Shown here piece by piece: positions 27,211 through 27,512 of a DNA stretch of 27,512 nucleotides. This DNA is from Candidatus Methanomethylophilaceae archaeon (GTDB lineage: Archaea > Thermoplasmatota > Thermoplasmata > Methanomassiliicoccales > Methanomethylophilaceae): contig JBMNQN010000013.1 of NCBI GenBank assembly GCA_050944155.1, positions 1-27,512 on the forward strand, read 5' to 3'. Below the pieces are notes generated by a model. The model was not told the DNA's origin, did no database searches, and saw nothing but the letters and a program-made list of their open reading frames with translations. Positions within the stretch are counted from its first letter, which is position 1; each line of letters begins with the position of its first letter. The position numbers and the translations under genes were made by a program.

Positions 27211-27512
27211 CTCCGGACTCCCACATTGCTTCCAGTTTTTCTTTGTCCCTGGCGGTGTCCATACAATACCAGAACCCCTTATGGCGGTACGCACCCAGCT
27301 TATTCTCCTTGGCGAGTATCCCGAGAGTGTCTTTTTCGAAAACAGACCTGTCATCCTCGATATAGTCCAGGACTTCCGGCTCTACGACCATAAAGCCTCC
27401 GTTGACCCACCCCACGTCTCTGATGTCCTTCTCTCTGAAAGCTATTACGTTGTTTCCGTCGAGATCCATCATCCCGTACTTCCCTTCGGGGTGGACTGCG
27501 GTGAGGGTTGCC
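27188..27512 (-). CDS. rfbF: Glucose-1-phosphate cytidylyltransferase, 3' part (truncated by window edge)
   Basis: ATLTAVHPEGKYG...FREK...WVNGGFMV...GFWYCMDTARDK...ARWKTW is the RfbF C-terminal signature. Confidence 0.92.
   Translation of the reverse strand, partial: ATLTAVHPEGKYGMMDLDGNNVIAFREKDIRDVGWVNGGFMVVEPEVLDYIEDDRSVFEKDTLGILAKENKLGAYRHKGFWYCMDTARDKEKLEAMWESGDARWKTW

Overview
Archaeal genomic DNA: it carries elongation factor 1-beta next to its usual Zn-ribbon partner, and TATA-like boxes about 21-26 nt upstream of many start codons. The complete avoidance of TAG stops suggests, by inference only, a pyrrolysine-using lineage such as Methanomassiliicoccales. The window is almost entirely cell-surface glycan biosynthesis. 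It contains: (i) lipid-linked glycan assembly genes (two GT-C/GT87-like membrane glycosyltransferases, three GT4, two GT2 including a Dol-P-sugar synthase-like enzyme, a DedA protein and two Wzx-like flippases); (ii) an apparent GDP-D-glycero-alpha-D-manno-heptose pathway (nucleotidyltransferase, HddA-like kinase, GmhA-GmhB fusion); (iii) a bacterial-type CDP-3,6-dideoxyhexose operon (rfbF-rfbG-rfbH) extended with a YerE-like ThDP enzyme and a reductase, followed by an SDR, a 3-dehydroquinate-synthase-family cyclase and a convergent DRE-TIM aldolase fusion, suggesting an unusual branched and/or carbocyclic sugar. Housekeeping genes (ilvE, an ACT protein, DUF89 phosphatase, Zn-ribbon, EF-1beta) are interspersed. 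Two recoding-type anomalies are visible. The only TAG 'stop' among 27 genes (282-284) is followed by 43 more in-frame sense codons, a probable amber/pyrrolysine readthrough. The DHQS-like gene is broken by a 1-nt frameshift in an A6 run just before its conserved DKK motif. No RNA genes, CRISPR arrays or mobile elements were recognised.
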